Below, piece by piece: positions 12,647 through 26,530 of a stretch of DNA of 64,000 bases. The stretch spans positions 109,027,094 through 109,091,093 of the forward strand of contig NC_068982.1 in the NCBI RefSeq assembly GCF_001194135.2, read 5' to 3'. The stretch's first letter is position 1. Each line of letters begins with the position of its first letter. The DNA comes from Octopus bimaculoides. Lineage: Eukaryota. The notes below the pieces were generated by a model. It made no database searches. It worked only from the letters and a program-made list of their open reading frames with translations, and was not told the origin of the DNA. Made by a program: the position numbers and the translations under genes.

Positions 12647-13819
12647 GTACCTAAAAACCAGGTATTATTCTGTGTGCAACAAATTTTCCTATGAAATACA
12701 CTGCCTATGTTGTAATTAATTTTGAAACTATAGTTGGCTTTACATTCAGAAAAAAACTCTCTTATTTATAAGATAATATCTGTTAATAGTGGCTCACGCT
12801 TTAAGTCAAGTACTTATGCCTAACTATGCCCATTTTGAAAATGGTGGGGTAACATTTGGGAAAGACTTGGCAACAATTTTTTCAGTTCAAGCAACTGCAT
12901 AAAGTTTGCTCATTAGCTCTCAGACAAACATAAAAACACATACACAGGAAAATAGTTACAACTCTTTGTCCTTGGATCACTTTTGTAACTTTTCTGATTA
13001 AAAACCATATAACCATGTGCTGAGTTCTGTTTCTCCTGTTTGTTCCACCAAATATCTATACATGTATGTGTGTATGTATTATATGCTGTGTGGATTTATC
13101 TCTTTTATGAATGTATTATTTCATCAATGCTAATAATAACCCAATAGTAGTAAAAGGCTACCAGTTATATCACATCATCATTGTTGTAGGTTGAATCTGC
13201 ATTATTTTGGTTGTGTCATCATTAGTAGTTACAAACCCAACATTGTTTCAGAGAAAAGTCTAATATTTTCTTACATAGAATTAATTAATCCTATATGTTC
13301 TATGGTGTTACATAATTTTTCTTGGACACTGACAAATTTATATAATCGGATGTTTTGTTCTGGATATCAACTCATATATACATAGTTTAACTTAGAAAAC
13401 ATGTATAGTTCTAAATAACTGCACTGAAGCAAATGAAACTCAATTAGATTGAAATTGTGATTCTTTGATGACCAGAACTGCATGATTTGCAAAGCTTTGA
13501 TCTGAAACCTGTTTTACAGTAACGCTAGAAATACTTTCTTAACAAAGGATTAACTCATATGATCCACAGTGTGTTACATAGTTTTCAAAACTAATAAGTG
13601 CCAAAGGTTTGAAGAATAGGAGAACTTAAAACAAAATAGTCTGAAGTGTGTATATGTGTGTGTATATAGTAACTAAGATGTCAGACACAAAGTTTTGTAT
13701 ACATAGTTTCCTTTTGAAATAATCACCAATTCATGTAGAATAATCAATAGATGCATTTATTGCAGTTAATTCCATTTGAGACTAATCAACATGAAACCCT
13801 CGGTATTGACTTGATCTCC

Positions 13820-14190
13820 TAGTCATTAGACTGCGGCCAAGCTGGGGCACTGTCTTGAAGAATTTTTAGTTGAATGTATTAACCCAGTACTTATGTTTTT
13901 TTAAAGCTTGATACTTAGTCTATCAGTTCATTTTACTGAACTGCTAAGTTATGGGGGTGTAAACATACCAGCACCAGTTGTCAAGTGGTGTGGGGGGACA
14001 AATACAGACACAAAGACACACACACACACATATATATGACGGATTCTACCAAATCGACTCACAAGGCTTTTGTCAGCCTAAGGTTATAGTAGAATACACT
14101 TGCCCAAAGTGCCGTGCAGTGGGACTGAACTCCAAACCATGTGATTGCAAAGCAAGCTTCTCACAAAACAGCTATGCCTACTGCATCTAT
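13820..14190 (-). mobile_element. SINE family S1 copy
   Basis: Colinear with 32832-33247 and carries an internal (CA)n. Confidence 0.9.
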
Positions 14191-14847
14191 TATTACATAC
14201 ATTCACTTAAACATTTTCTTACTTGTATGTGTGGGGTGTGGTTAAGAAATTTGTTCCAGATTTGATCCCACTGCATGGTACTGTTGGCAAGCATTTGTTT
14301 TCCATTATAGTCTTGGATTAGTTCCATCCTTGTAGTGTAAACACTATAGAGAAGACTGTCAGTTGAACTGTACCTTTGATTTGAGGACCCAGCCTTGGCA
14401 TACTTCATGTCATACTGATACTGCCTGACAGAGACACGTATCTTTAGAAAATACTGTCACTTGCACTAAATAAAATTCAATGACTATATTAGTCAAAGAA
14501 ATGGAACATTCCATTTTCAAAATTAATAAGGGAATCTATCAACATCATTGTTTTGATGTTCACCTTTCCATGCTTGCATAGGTCAGATGGAGTTCATTGA
14601 AGCAAATTTACCTTAGCCAGATGCCCTTCTGGTCACCCAACCTGACCTGTTTCCAAACAAGATAACACTTCCCTTATAACTGGACCTGTTTTTGCAGAAT
14701 ATTGGAAAATCATTGACACTGCTTGTATGACAATGATGCTCATTTACTACAATCACATGGTGTCAAGACAAGGAGACATGCATGCATGTATGCATGCATA
14801 TGTGTGTGTGTGCACATGCGCACACGCACACACACACACACACACAT

Positions 14848-14887
<40 letters not shown>

Positions 14888-15578
14888 AATCAGTTCATAT
14901 TCATGTTCACTGCATTTCTTGATGAGGTGAAAACTACATCTTACTTGTACATTCCAGTTTTGGTATGCTTTCTATGGCTGTATGCCCTTTCTATCACCAA
15001 CCACTGGTCCCTTTTGGATGCATTTTATTGTACCACCAGCATTAGAGAGGTTGTTTTGCACATCCCTATCCAACGAGGGGACCACAGAAGTTTTCTCATC
15101 CTTGCTAAGACTCAAGAGACCCCCCCCCCNNNNNNNNNNCTTCTGTTGTCTTTGTCAGTTTTTTCATTTCTTTATTACCCACCTGGTGTTTATTACAAAT
15201 TAGTCTGTTATACATCAAACACATTTTGGAATATATTGATATGTATACAGGTGTATATTTACATATTTACACAGACAAACACATAATCAAGTATTGATGT
15301 ATATATTATTTCATTCTTACTAAAAGTTTACATTTTCCTATTAACATCTTAGTTTGTTTTACTCTCCCATGCTTTAGTGTAGTTTGTATTTTAAATAGTG
15401 GTAAAGGTGGTGGTGGCGGTGGTAGTGGTGGCTGTGGTTTACTTGTTTCATAATATAAATTTAGAAGAGTCAGATAGCAGTGAATTGATTGTTCACATAA
15501 ATATATTTGTTGTGTGTATGTGTACTCACACTAGCATATGTACTTACATACACACATACATCACATGTGTCACTTTAG

Positions 15579-15651
15579 GATCTCCAAAAAGTTATTAGGA
15601 CTCCTTCTTAAATATGAAGATCATATAAAATATTACTGTATTGATGTGCAT
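15579..15651 (+). CDS. Candidate internal exon (ISKKLLGLLLKYEDHIKYYCIDVH), phase 2 to 0
   Basis: Acceptor cactttag, donor CAT|gttagt; open frame compatible with the preceding candidate. Confidence 0.25.
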
Positions 15652-16346
15652 GTTAGTTCCCTTACATACTCATACACACATACATATGTAATGTGTTGGG
15701 CCTATAAGCAAGTTGTATAAAAGTAAGCTAATTTGAGAATATCAGGTGTCATAGGAGTGATTTAAAGCTGTCAGGTGGCAATGGTATTGAATGAAGTCAC
15801 TTAACCAGTCTGTACACTCATAAAAGAGAAAAAAAAATCTTTATTTTCCTTCCACTTTTCACAATTGACATATAAACCTTCCACGGTAAACAGTTGACAA
15901 CTACATAAAACTGAATGATTGAGAGGATCATAGCAAGTTTTAGGGCGTAATCGAAATGAGTTGGAAAACAAGTGGGAACAGGATCACAGAAAGATATTTC
16001 TTATGGGACAATAGTATACACCACTCTTAGATATGTTACTATGATTAATTATTGGGGTAGTATCATAAATTATTTTAAATGTGTTTTTCTTCAGTTAGAT
16101 GTTTCTGTATCTTTATTTTTTTCATCTTTTACTTGTTTCAGTCATTATACTGCGGCCATACTGGGGCACTGCCTTGAAGAATTTTTAGTTGAATGTATTG
16201 ACCCCAGTACTTACTTTTTATAAGCTTGGTACTTATTCTATTGGTCACTTTTGCCGAACTGCTAGGTTATGGAGACATAAACACATTAGCACCGGTTGTC
16301 AAGCAATGGCAGTGGGAACGAATACAGACACAAATACATAGATATA

Positions 16347-17344
16347 CAGGGTGTGATGGGTAAATTGTTGCCATATTATATTTTTAATTTCATGCATGTA
16401 CATTGTCTGTTTTTGATTTTGTCGAAATTTTGTCGACTACTCAGTATAGTAGGGTCAGTTGGGCACCATCTGTGAGAAAAACAGCACCATGATGCAATTT
16501 ATTCTGGCATCATCATCATCGTCCATCATTTTGAATCTGGGTTTTATCCCCATTAATGGGGTGGCCAGATCTACCTCAGTGCCATAGCAACTGCCCTCAA
16601 ACACTCTTGCCATCTCGCCCGGTTTTGGGCGTCCTCCCTTCTCAAGCCACCCCCACCCCCAATCTCCTCCATCTATCCCCTCCACATTTTCCTTGGTCTA
16701 CCTTGCTTCTGTTGTTCATTTACTTCAAATTCTAGCACTCTCTTCAGAACATGCTCCTCATCCCTTCTCAACACATGCCCATACCACAACACTCCATTCG
16801 CCCTTGCCAGCCGTTCCACAGATTCCTCCAGCCCCAGCATCCTCATCAAGTCCTCAGTCCTCCTCTTATCAAACAGAAATTTGGAAACGACATGCTGTAT
16901 TGCTTGGCATTCGTGCTGGAAGCTCCAATATGAACATTTCAGAGTGTTTGGGTGTCAATCTGAGGACAGTGCAGAGGATTTAGAAAGAGTTGGATGAGTT
17001 TAATGGTAATTACGAAGGTACGGCAGCTTGGAAAACTCACTCTGATTGTTCTGATAATAAAAGAACTGAATTTGTTGGTGAGATCCAGGCCATGATTGAC
17101 AATGATCCCTCCAAGTCAGTCACGTCCATTGCCAGGGACATGGGAGTATCTGAGTTTCTTATCTGGCAGTTAGTGCATGAAGACATTTAGTATTCCTCAT
17201 ACAAGATGAGGAAGGGCCAATAAATTTACTCTTTAGTATTTCAAGATATTTTTATTTAATTTTGGTAAATATATGTAAAAATGATATGTCAGTGTTATTT
17301 TCATTTTTGCGTAATTTAGATGACAATTTATTCACCACACCCTG
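16347..17344 (+). mobile_element. Internally deleted Tc1/mariner element, maT (DD37D)-like N-terminus
   Basis: TA flanks; TIRs CAGGGTGTGATGGGTAAATTGT and (revcomp) CAGGGTGTGGTGAATAAATTGT; HTH-type peptide EIWKRHAVLLGIRAG...ARDMGVSEFLIWQLVHEDI*YSSYKMRKGQ; catalytic domain absent. Confidence 0.85.
16508..16873 (-). mobile_element. RTE-clade LINE 3' fragment inserted in the mariner transposase 5' end
   Basis: Minus-strand translation ...LARANGVLWYGHVLRRDEEHVLKRVLEFEV...GRPRKMW...; (GAT)n tail. Confidence 0.85.
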
Positions 17345-17755
17345 TATATATACATATACGTGATGAACTTCTTTCAGTTTCCATCTACCATATCCACTCA
17401 CAAAGCTTTGGTCGGCCTGAAGCTATAGTAGAAGACACTTGCCCAAGGTGCCATGCAGTGGGACTGAACCCGGAATGATGTGGTTGGGAAGCAAGCCTCT
17501 TACCACACAGCCATGTCTGCACCTATATTGAAAAATTTATAAACTGGTGTAAATAAGTTTTATTGAATTCAGGAGGGTTAATATATTTTGTCCTGGAATA
17601 AAATACTATGAGAATTGAATATAACATTGTGGGAATTGTAGAGTTTGCTCTTATCACTTTTATGTTTGCATATTTTGCATGGCTAACTTAAGATTCCAAA
17701 GGCTGTATTTACTTTTAAGACTTAGAAAATATTTCATACCTAAATTATTGTTAAT

Positions 17756-18137
17756 CTTGGCACTCTGTCGCTTACAACGTTGAGGGTTCCAGTTCATCTG
17801 ATCAACGGAACAGCCTGCTCGTGAAATTATCGTGCAAGTGGCTGAGCACTCCACAGACACGTGTACCCTTAACGTAGTTCTTGGGGATATTCAGCGTGAC
17901 ACAGAGTGACAAGGCTGACCCTTTGAATTACAGGCACAACAGAAACAGGAAGTAAGAGTGAGAGAAAGTTGTGGTGAAAGAGTACAGCAGAGTTCGCCAC
18001 CATCCCCTGCCGGAGCCTCGTGGAGCTTTTGGTGTTTTCGCTCAATAAACACTCTCAACGCCCGGTCTGGGAATCGAAACCGCGATCCTATGACCACGAG
18101 TCTGCTGCCCTAACCACTGGGCCATTGTACCTCCACA
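17756..18137 (-). mobile_element. tRNA-derived SINE family S2 with 10-bp TSD
   Basis: Head (revcomp) GGAGGTACAATGGCCCAGTGGTTAGGGCAGC...GTTTCGATTCCCAGACC; TATTGTTAAT at 17746-17755 and 18138-18147. Confidence 0.9.
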
Positions 18138-18975
18138 TATTGTTAATAAGTTATGAATATATCCTTTTCCCAAAATCCTGTATATGCACTGCATGACATG
18201 CAAGCTTTCTCTCCTGCCAAATTGCAATCTACATTTCTGTTCTTTTAACAAGAGAATCTCTAGCTCTGAAATTCTTCCTGTTACCATTTCTCAATTGAAG
18301 ATGAATCTATAAGCAGGTCATAGGTCAACTAATACCTTGTCACTGAAACTAGAAAACCTAAATTAATGAAACGTGTGTGTGTGTGCGCGTGTGGGAGAGA
18401 GAGAGGGTCTGTGTACTTGCATGTGTTTGTGTGGGTGATTTTGTATTCTCTCCTTGTCTTACGTTGTTCATTAACTGTAAACAGAATGACATTCTTGCTA
18501 TTGAATACAGGTGGTGTTTTATGCTTGCAGTCAGCCGTGAAAGCATGTCTAGGATTTTTGATGTGTTAAATGATCTTTTTAAACATAAGGCTTGTAACTA
18601 TGTCTGTACTCTTAGTTACTGTATAGAGTAGGAGATTATTATCGTGCTTGAACTCAGGTGAAAGTAGGTGATAGGAAGGGCATTCAACCGTAGAAAATCT
18701 GTCTTAATGAATTCTATCTTGTCCATGCAAGCATAGAAAAGTAGAGATTAAAGAAAATCTTTGATGATGAGAGGGACAATAGATTTATTGTATTGTTTGT
18801 AGGTGGAACTCTTTTGTCTTGTCAGGGTTAAAACAACCTTGCCAGTGCTGGTACGTTCATATAATACACCTAGTACACTCTTTTGTGTTGCTGTTAAGAA
18901 GAATGGAAATGGTGGATTTGGTAAATGCAACTTTTAGTCTCTTTGTTTGGAACCAAGTTTCTTGGTATTGATGTA

Positions 18976-19155
18976 TGTGGGGATCCTGAAAAGTCCCTGG
19001 CTTTAAAGGTGTCCTTTACAGGGCTTAGAAAAACTGAAGGACCGCTGCAATAAGTGAGTGAATCTGAGAGGAGAATAAGTTGAATAAAATCATAATTAGC
19101 TGATTCCCCTGTATTTTCTTTTACCTAAAGCCAGGAACTTTTCAGCACCCTCTTG
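18976..19155. mobile_element. Short mariner-derived MITE
   Basis: TA flanks; inner 20 bp of the TIRs CTGAAAAGT(C/T)CCTGGCTTTA match 19/20. Confidence 0.65.
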
Positions 19156-19720
19156 TAGGATTAGAGTTGCAGTGTAATTATATTTGTAATAGAAATTATT
19201 ATTGTCTACAGTAAGCCTGAGTAAGTTGCAACTTGATGGCTGTATGTGTCCAATTGCAATAACCTGTATAGGCTTGACTGAATTTAGAAACAATGTTTGA
19301 GAAAATTTAGGATAACACATCAAAAATTGGGAAAAGAAAGGGATGTTTCATAACATCCTCAGTTCACAATTTATCATCATCATCATTATCATCATCATCA
19401 TTGTTTTATGCTTTCCATGCTGGCATTTGTTAAACAAGTTGTCATGGTCCAAGCGAGTTCTTACTCAGGTTGGTGGAACACTTGCTAGCTCATGACTCTT
19501 AATTAAAAAATAGAAATATTGCAATTATTTATTTTGGAAATTTATTGTGGTTTGCAATATTTTTCATTCAAAGTAATTTAGTTCTGTCTGCTTATTAAGT
19601 TGATCAGCGCTGTTCTATACATTCAGTGTAGTATATTACTTGTATTTTTATTGACCCCTTCCATTCTTACAACTTTATTCACAGAAAAAATGGAAGGTAA
19701 TAAGCTCTACCCTGTATTGT

Positions 19721-19761
<41 letters not shown>

Positions 19762-20360
19762 CGAGAGAATCAGAATATCTTAAAAGCTAGCCCATTACAG
19801 TCTGCACCAACCCTCATCACTAGGAAATATCAAAGTTTAAAAAGAAAAAAAAAACATTTTAACATGGCAGATGGAAGGTAAAATTGGTAGATCATCAAAC
19901 AAACTATCTTGTGGTATTTGGTGTTGCATTCTTCAATGATATGATTTCCAATCCTTCCCAGGTCAACTTTGCTTTGAAAGGTTGATGAAATAAGTACTAG
20001 GTTGAATATAATTGACTTTATCCCCCCCCCCCTACTTGATCATAATCCAACAGACAGAACCAGTTAAAGAGGAAACAAACTCAACCAACCAACCTACCAA
20101 CTAACCAAAGTAAATGCAAGAACTACAAATCATTCCCTTGTAGAGTTATGGTATTGTTCTTAATATAGCACAAAACCTCAACTAGTGTTTTTGTTGCTCA
20201 TTATAAAACTACAAGCCACATTTGATGATGATAAACCTGTATAGGAAATCTGTCATGTAACAAAAAGCATTGAGAAGAATCTCTTCTCTCCATTTGATAC
20301 TCACATTTCCCATACTTTTTATTCCATGGTATATTTTATTTTATTGTCATCCAATATGAT

Positions 20361-20692
20361 GTGAAAGATAACTCAACTATATTTTACTTTCCTTGTCTTT
20401 TTTTTTACGTCTCTTTCTCTTTATGCTCTCTCCCCCCTCTCTCTCCCTCTCTGACATTATTTCTGTCTCTCATTTATTTTTCTCCTTTGTATTCTTTTGC
20501 TTTCTCTCTGTTCATTTGCTCTCTCTCTCTATCTCTCTCCCCTTCCCTTTCTTCTTTACTCCACCTCTTTCTTGATCAGTTATTTTCTCTTGCTCTGCCT
20601 TATTCCACTTTCTATTTCTCTCCTTATTCTGCTTTCTTTTCCCTCCCCTTTCCTGTTCTCCCCTCTCTCCTCTTTCTTCTCTCCCTCACTCA
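20361..20692. repeat. Pyrimidine-rich (CT/CTT) low-complexity tract
   Basis: Read directly; ends at a possible acceptor cacaag (20687-20696 region) followed by SMTSDETALLQTI. Confidence 0.85.
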
Positions 20693-21980
20693 CAAGGTCA
20701 ATGACTTCAGATGAAACAGCACTATTGCAAACTATTGTATTGCCACATAATTGAATTGTATTATTAAAGTTTCTTTATGACTTTTCTACATTTTCATAAC
20801 TATTTATCATATATAATTTGCTTTACTCCCCTCCTCAAGTTAATTTAAAAAACAACAACAGCAATAAGTAATTGAAATAAACTGAATGTATTCATATATT
20901 TTCACAAAAAAAATATTCAGTAATAATCAAATCTGTTGTAATATGAATTTTTAACAAAAATTATTATCAAGGCTTTTCATAATTAAATTTATACTCAATT
21001 GAATTTAAATCAACATTTAACATTCTTGTTTTGCAGACCTTACTGCTTATTTAAAAAAAAAATTCTTTTTTCAACATTTAATTAATGTCTTTGAACTAAA
21101 TTGTCTTTGAATCTCTGATAGAATACAACTGATTTTTTTACTTTCTCTTTTTTATTTCTTAAACCCCTGCTCAAAGTCACTTTAATCTTTTGCTTGTCCT
21201 GTGTTTTACATGTGATGCATAGGGTATATTTCCCTAGTGTCTATGTATCATATATGATGTACATTCCCCATTTTTTCAACCACTAGAGTATCTTGGGACA
21301 TTGGGAAGGAAAGCTTTATGTTACTCAAAATGTATGAAATAAAGGCTGACTAAAAGTCTTGAAAACAAGGATGGATGTTTAGGATAAACTTATAACAATG
21401 TTTTGGTGTTTTGGGCAGGCAAAGGGTTAATGAGGGTCTTCCTCTTAGTTATGTTGAGGACATAGTTACTTTTCTAGGCTGGTACCATGAAAAATACACC
21501 CGGTACACATGTTGAGGATATGTCACAACAAAAGCATCCACTACACTTTGTAAAGTGGTTGTGTTAGGAAGCTCTAGAAACCAGCTAAAAATGGAAAGTG
21601 AATAAGATGTGGGCCCCCAAATTGTCTTGATGAGCAACTTCTCTGAATATGTATTGATTCTGGCTTATGGTAACCCACCCAGCATGGACAGTAGACATTA
21701 AACAATGATGTTAATAAGGGATAGTAATATTCTGTCTCTCTCACACATATATTTACATATGCACACATATAGATATACATACATACATACAAATGTATAT
21801 ACACACACACACACATATAGACATATAGATTTATATGTATACACACACACACACATATAGACATATAGATTTATATGTATACACACACACTTATATATAT
21901 ATACACACATATGCATACACACACACACACACTTATATATATATATACACATATGCATACACACACACACACACACACAA

Positions 21981-22358
21981 TACGGTGACACTCCGTCGGT
22001 TACGACAATGAAGGTTCCAGTTGATCCGACCAATGGAACAGCCTGCACATGAAATTAGCATACAAGTGGCTGAGCACTCCACAGACACATGTACCCTTAA
22101 TGTAGTTTTCGGGGAGATTCAGCGTGACACAGAGTGTGACAAGGGTGGCCCTTTGGAATACAGGTACAACAAAAACAGGAAGAATGAGTGAGAAAAAGTT
22201 GTGGTGAAAGAGTACAGCAGGGTTCGCCACCACCCCCTGCTGGAGCCTCATGGAGCTTTAGGTGTTTTTGCTCAAGAAACACTCACAACACCCGGTCTGG
22301 GAATCGAAACCACGATCCTACGATCGTGAGTCCACTGCCCTAACCACTGGGCCATTGT

Positions 22359-22360
<2 letters not shown>
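21981..22360 (-). mobile_element. SINE family S2 copy inside a (CA)n tract
   Basis: Colinear with 17756-18137 and 26605-26992; (CA)n on both flanks. Confidence 0.9.
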
Positions 22361-22404
<44 letters not shown>

Positions 22405-22424
22405 TATATATATATATATATATA

Positions 22425-22640
22425 TATATTCTTTCTTGTACTTGTTTCAATCATTGGACTGCAGCCATGCTGGGACATGTTTTGTCAAGTAAATTGTCCT
22501 CAGTACTTATTTTTTTAAAGTCTGGTATTTATTCTGTTAGTTTCTGTTGTCAAACTGCATGGTTACAATAATGAAAATGAGCCAGTACTAGTTGTCAAGT
22601 GATGGGGGGTGGGCAGACATAAACACAGTGACATACACTG
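22425..22640 (-). mobile_element. SINE family S1, 3' half only
   Basis: CTTGTTTCAATCATTGGACTGCAGCCATGCTGGG...GTTGTCAAGTG block. Confidence 0.75.
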
Positions 22641-25469
22641 TCACCAGCAACTCCATGGCACTGTGGCATGTGTAGCAACCACTCCTTGGCAAATGTTTTG
22701 ACAAGCAGACTAAACCAGGTGGAAGTAGTCAACAGCTATGAAACCCTTGATTAGTTAGGTTGTGTCTACTCTTGCATGGGAAAACTGACTCTTGCACCAA
22801 GCAGATGAGAAAAATAATGATCCTTTTCAATTATTGCATCCTGGCATACCCCCAACTGTTGTGATCTTGTATTGCCTGGCAGATCTGGTAAAAAGAGTAA
22901 AGCTGATGTTGCTCATCTCCTTCATTAAATCTAGTGCATGTGTAAGTCATAGCGTCACAGATTTCATGGTTATTATTCTGTAGGTGAATGAACAAGGTAT
23001 AAATATAGTTGTGTGTGTGGGAACAACTGTTAATTTAAATTATGTTTATAAAATTATGACTGCTAAAATTCTATTATTTTTATATGGATTTCCATATGTT
23101 CTATTTAGTCCATTACGTTTAATGTTCCTTGCTATTACATTAATTAATTACATTACATTAATGTTCCTTAATGTTCCTGTTTTTAGGCCTTCATTGTTCT
23201 GTCTTCTTGATGTTAATAACTTATATAACTGACTTAGTATAATTCTGAGTTCTTACGTGGAAACTTTAAACTGATGTTAAGTTAACACCACTACATGATC
23301 CTTGTGTGCCTTTAACAGAATTTACTCTTGCAAGCAGTTTATTTGTTTGCTCTCTAGTGTATTATATAATTTTTCTCTCATACATACACATGTTTTTGTT
23401 AATGACAATTTGAACTGTTACTAGGTGAAGGAACTCTCCAATACTGGTTTGAGTACTTTTATAGTGCCAGTGTCATGATTAAAAATATCATAACTGTCAT
23501 TTTACAGTAAAGATGCTTGTGACATGATATACAATGAATAGGATTGAGTGATGATGATGATGTTATATATGCACATAACTTATATTGTAGAACAGTCTCT
23601 CCATCAGATGTACTACAGCAGAAATATCTTAATACTTCCCTCTACTGTTACTGAGTAAATTTGATAATATCAGATATTTAGATTGAAAACAAGGAATAAT
23701 GAAATGTATACTTTTGTCATCTTTCCATCCTTTTAATTACTGCCAAACTAGAGTTTGCTGTGTTTATCCTCTCTCTGTGTAACAACTGTTATAATTTTAC
23801 CAATTTTACCATTAGTCAAGGATCTAAGCACAATACTGAATCAATGTACTTTGCATGATTTTAAAAGATAATGAAATGTTGAATATGTTCTGTATGTGCA
23901 CATTTTCAAATGATTGAGATATATTCCACTTCTGTGGTTTTAGAAAACCAAAGCTTTTACCAACTGCGAGCATGCTGAGCTATTTTGACATGGCTAAGTA
24001 GGCACAGGAAAGATGCTTATTCATTGTATAAGTTACTATATTTACTTATGAAGTAATTGATAATGTTATGTCAAGGCATTTTCAATTATTTTTCATATCA
24101 AGAAATTTATTTAATGGTTAGTTAAAAGTTTCTTTTTTAATTTGAAAAAAAAAACCGTTTAAGCTTCTTACAAAAACAGAATCCAGAAAAAACAAACAGC
24201 TAACTATATTATTAATCACTTTATTTATATATCTTGAGTTTTGTTAATAATTTTAAAAATGTTAAATTCTAATATAGTAATTAATTGCTCACCAGTCATG
24301 TAGTTTTTCTTGTTTCAGTTACGATTATTGTCAACATTTACTCTAAAGCATTACTAAAATTTGTTACTTAACACAGGTAATAATTTTTGTCTGATTTATT
24401 CATGGTCACTAAAATATGTCATATTTCTTAAACTTTTTAGGCAAAATGTTCATATGTCAGGGTGAAAAATGGTAAAACAAGGTAACATCTTCGGATGTAT
24501 TCAGCTTGCTGTAATATACTTGCTTTAAATAATTTACAGATTTTTATACATTTCAATTAGTCTGCTGCAGGAATTTTTCTTTTTGATGGTGCATATAGAA
24601 ATTTAGGGTTAAATATATGAAAGTCACTCTTTCATTTTTTTCCCTCTCATTTTCTCACTTACCCACTTTCTTTAAGTCTTACATATATTCTTTCTCCTTT
24701 TCACTGACTTACTCTTTGTAATGCTTTCTTTCTCCTAACCACTTCTTCTTTTTGTATCTCTAGTGTTTGTACTTTGTTTCAAGAAATCTAATTGAGTATT
24801 GTGACTAGTTTTCTTGCAATTCTGTCAGACTATGCATAAAGGACATGGACCGGCATGCAAGAATGCTTGCATGAATTTAAGTCCATTTATATGTATAGTG
24901 TGTTTAGAAAATAGCAATGTTTTCATCAACAGCTTTACAATTTACAATTGCTTGTCTTATATTATTCAGTTGAATGATTCCTCTTGGATGACATGATGTG
25001 CATAACATTTTGCCTGAGGGAGATCCAACTTCAGTCTTTCATTTGGAAAATGATTTTTATGACTTGAATTTACTGACTGGTTTAACAATTACTTTATGAA
25101 GTTTGTTAATCTCTTGTATCATCAAAGTTAGCAAATATGAATAGGTTTTTATAGCCTTGGTGGATATGAATTGTAATATTTTAGTTATTCATTTGAATAA
25201 TTGTACTTGAGTGACCTGCTATATTTGACCTTTTATCCCAGAGAAAACTGAGTTTAGCTTTATTTTTCAAGAAAGTGATTTTATTTACTAATTTTAGCTG
25301 AAAGAGACCACCATTTGATTCCTCAGACTGGTTATTTTTTTACTTTTTTAAAAAACTTTCTATGTCCTTAATTATAAATGTTTAAAGTTGACTCATTTCT
25401 AATTTCATTTTATTCTCCATTGCTCCATATTTAACTTTATTAACATACTATGTGAATGTGCGTGGGGTA

Positions 25470-25512
<43 letters not shown>

Positions 25513-26159
25513 ATCCACATATGCTAAGTAAATAGACATCTGTCACTTTCTGCAATGAACATCCCAGTTGTTTATTCAAGTGAACTATCTGCTCATTGAA
25601 CTACTCTGTAAGTGGCTGAGTATTCCACACAGACACATTTATCCTTAATGTAATCCTTAGGCAAAATCATCACATCATAGCATGTGATTAGGCTGTACCT
25701 TCGAATTTGGGTTTAACCTCTTCACAGTTTCTATTTATCTAATTTCATTCACAAGGCGTGGGTTGACTTGAGACTATAATAAAAGTCACTTGCTTAAGAT
25801 GTGTGAGGGATTGAACTCCAGATCTGATGAATTATAGCCATAGCATTCTCCTTTCACAACTAATACCATTTTCCTAAGCTAGAAAGCAAAAGCTTAGGAG
25901 TCATGGAATAGTTTATTTTATCATTTTCTGTATTTTCTAGTATGTACTTAGAACACCATAACTTTATATTCCATTGTCTCGCTGTTAGTAAAACTAATTA
26001 TCTTTGATTGATATTGCTGATTGTCTGGTCTAAATGTTTGACTCTTCTCATTTGCAGTGTCTTATATTCTGGCAGAAGGGTCTGATTTAACCACCAAAAC
26101 CCTAGCAGGGATTAAATAAAGTGTCTAATGATAAAATGGTGTTAATAATAATAATAATC

Positions 26160-26530
26160 CTTCTCGGTACTATAGGCACAAGACCTAAAATTTGAGGGAG
26201 GAGGATAGTCAATCATATTGACCCCAGTGCTTAACTGGTACTTATTTCATTGACCCCAAAAGAATGAAAGACAAAGTTGACTGATAATGATGATGACAAC
26301 TACTATTATTATTATTATTTAAAATTTTGGCACAGGGCCAGCAGTTTTTGAGGGGAAGGGAAGTCGATTATGTTGACCCCCAGTACTTGATTGGTACTTA
26401 TTTTATCAATGCTGAAGGGATGAAATGCAAAATTGACTTCAACAGAATTTGGACATAGAGCAAACAGCTTGAAGAAATGTTGATAAGCATTTTGTCCGGT
26501 GTGCTAATGATTCTTTCAGCCTGTCACCCT
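26160..26530 (-). mobile_element. Two adjacent degenerate copies of SINE family S3 (AAGGCGGCGAGCTGGCAGAA head type)
   Basis: GACCCCAGTGCTTAACTGGTACTTATTT...ATGAAAG core, homologous to 41625-41828 and 61060-61300; CpGs decayed. Confidence 0.75.

Larger units (their letters stand above)
16120..17525 (-). mobile_element. SINE family S1 copy split by a transposon insertion (arms 16120-16346 and 17345-17525)
   Basis: The 3' and 5' halves of S1 join colinearly across the insert at the internal TA microsatellite. Confidence 0.85.

Noticed and set aside
24970-25100. In-frame TGA read-through or selenoprotein exon (IPLG*HDVHNILPEGDPTSVFHLEND); similar C* motif near 28040
   Set aside because: No recognisable selenoprotein motif, no SECIS found, no good donor; chance reading in AT-rich DNA is likely
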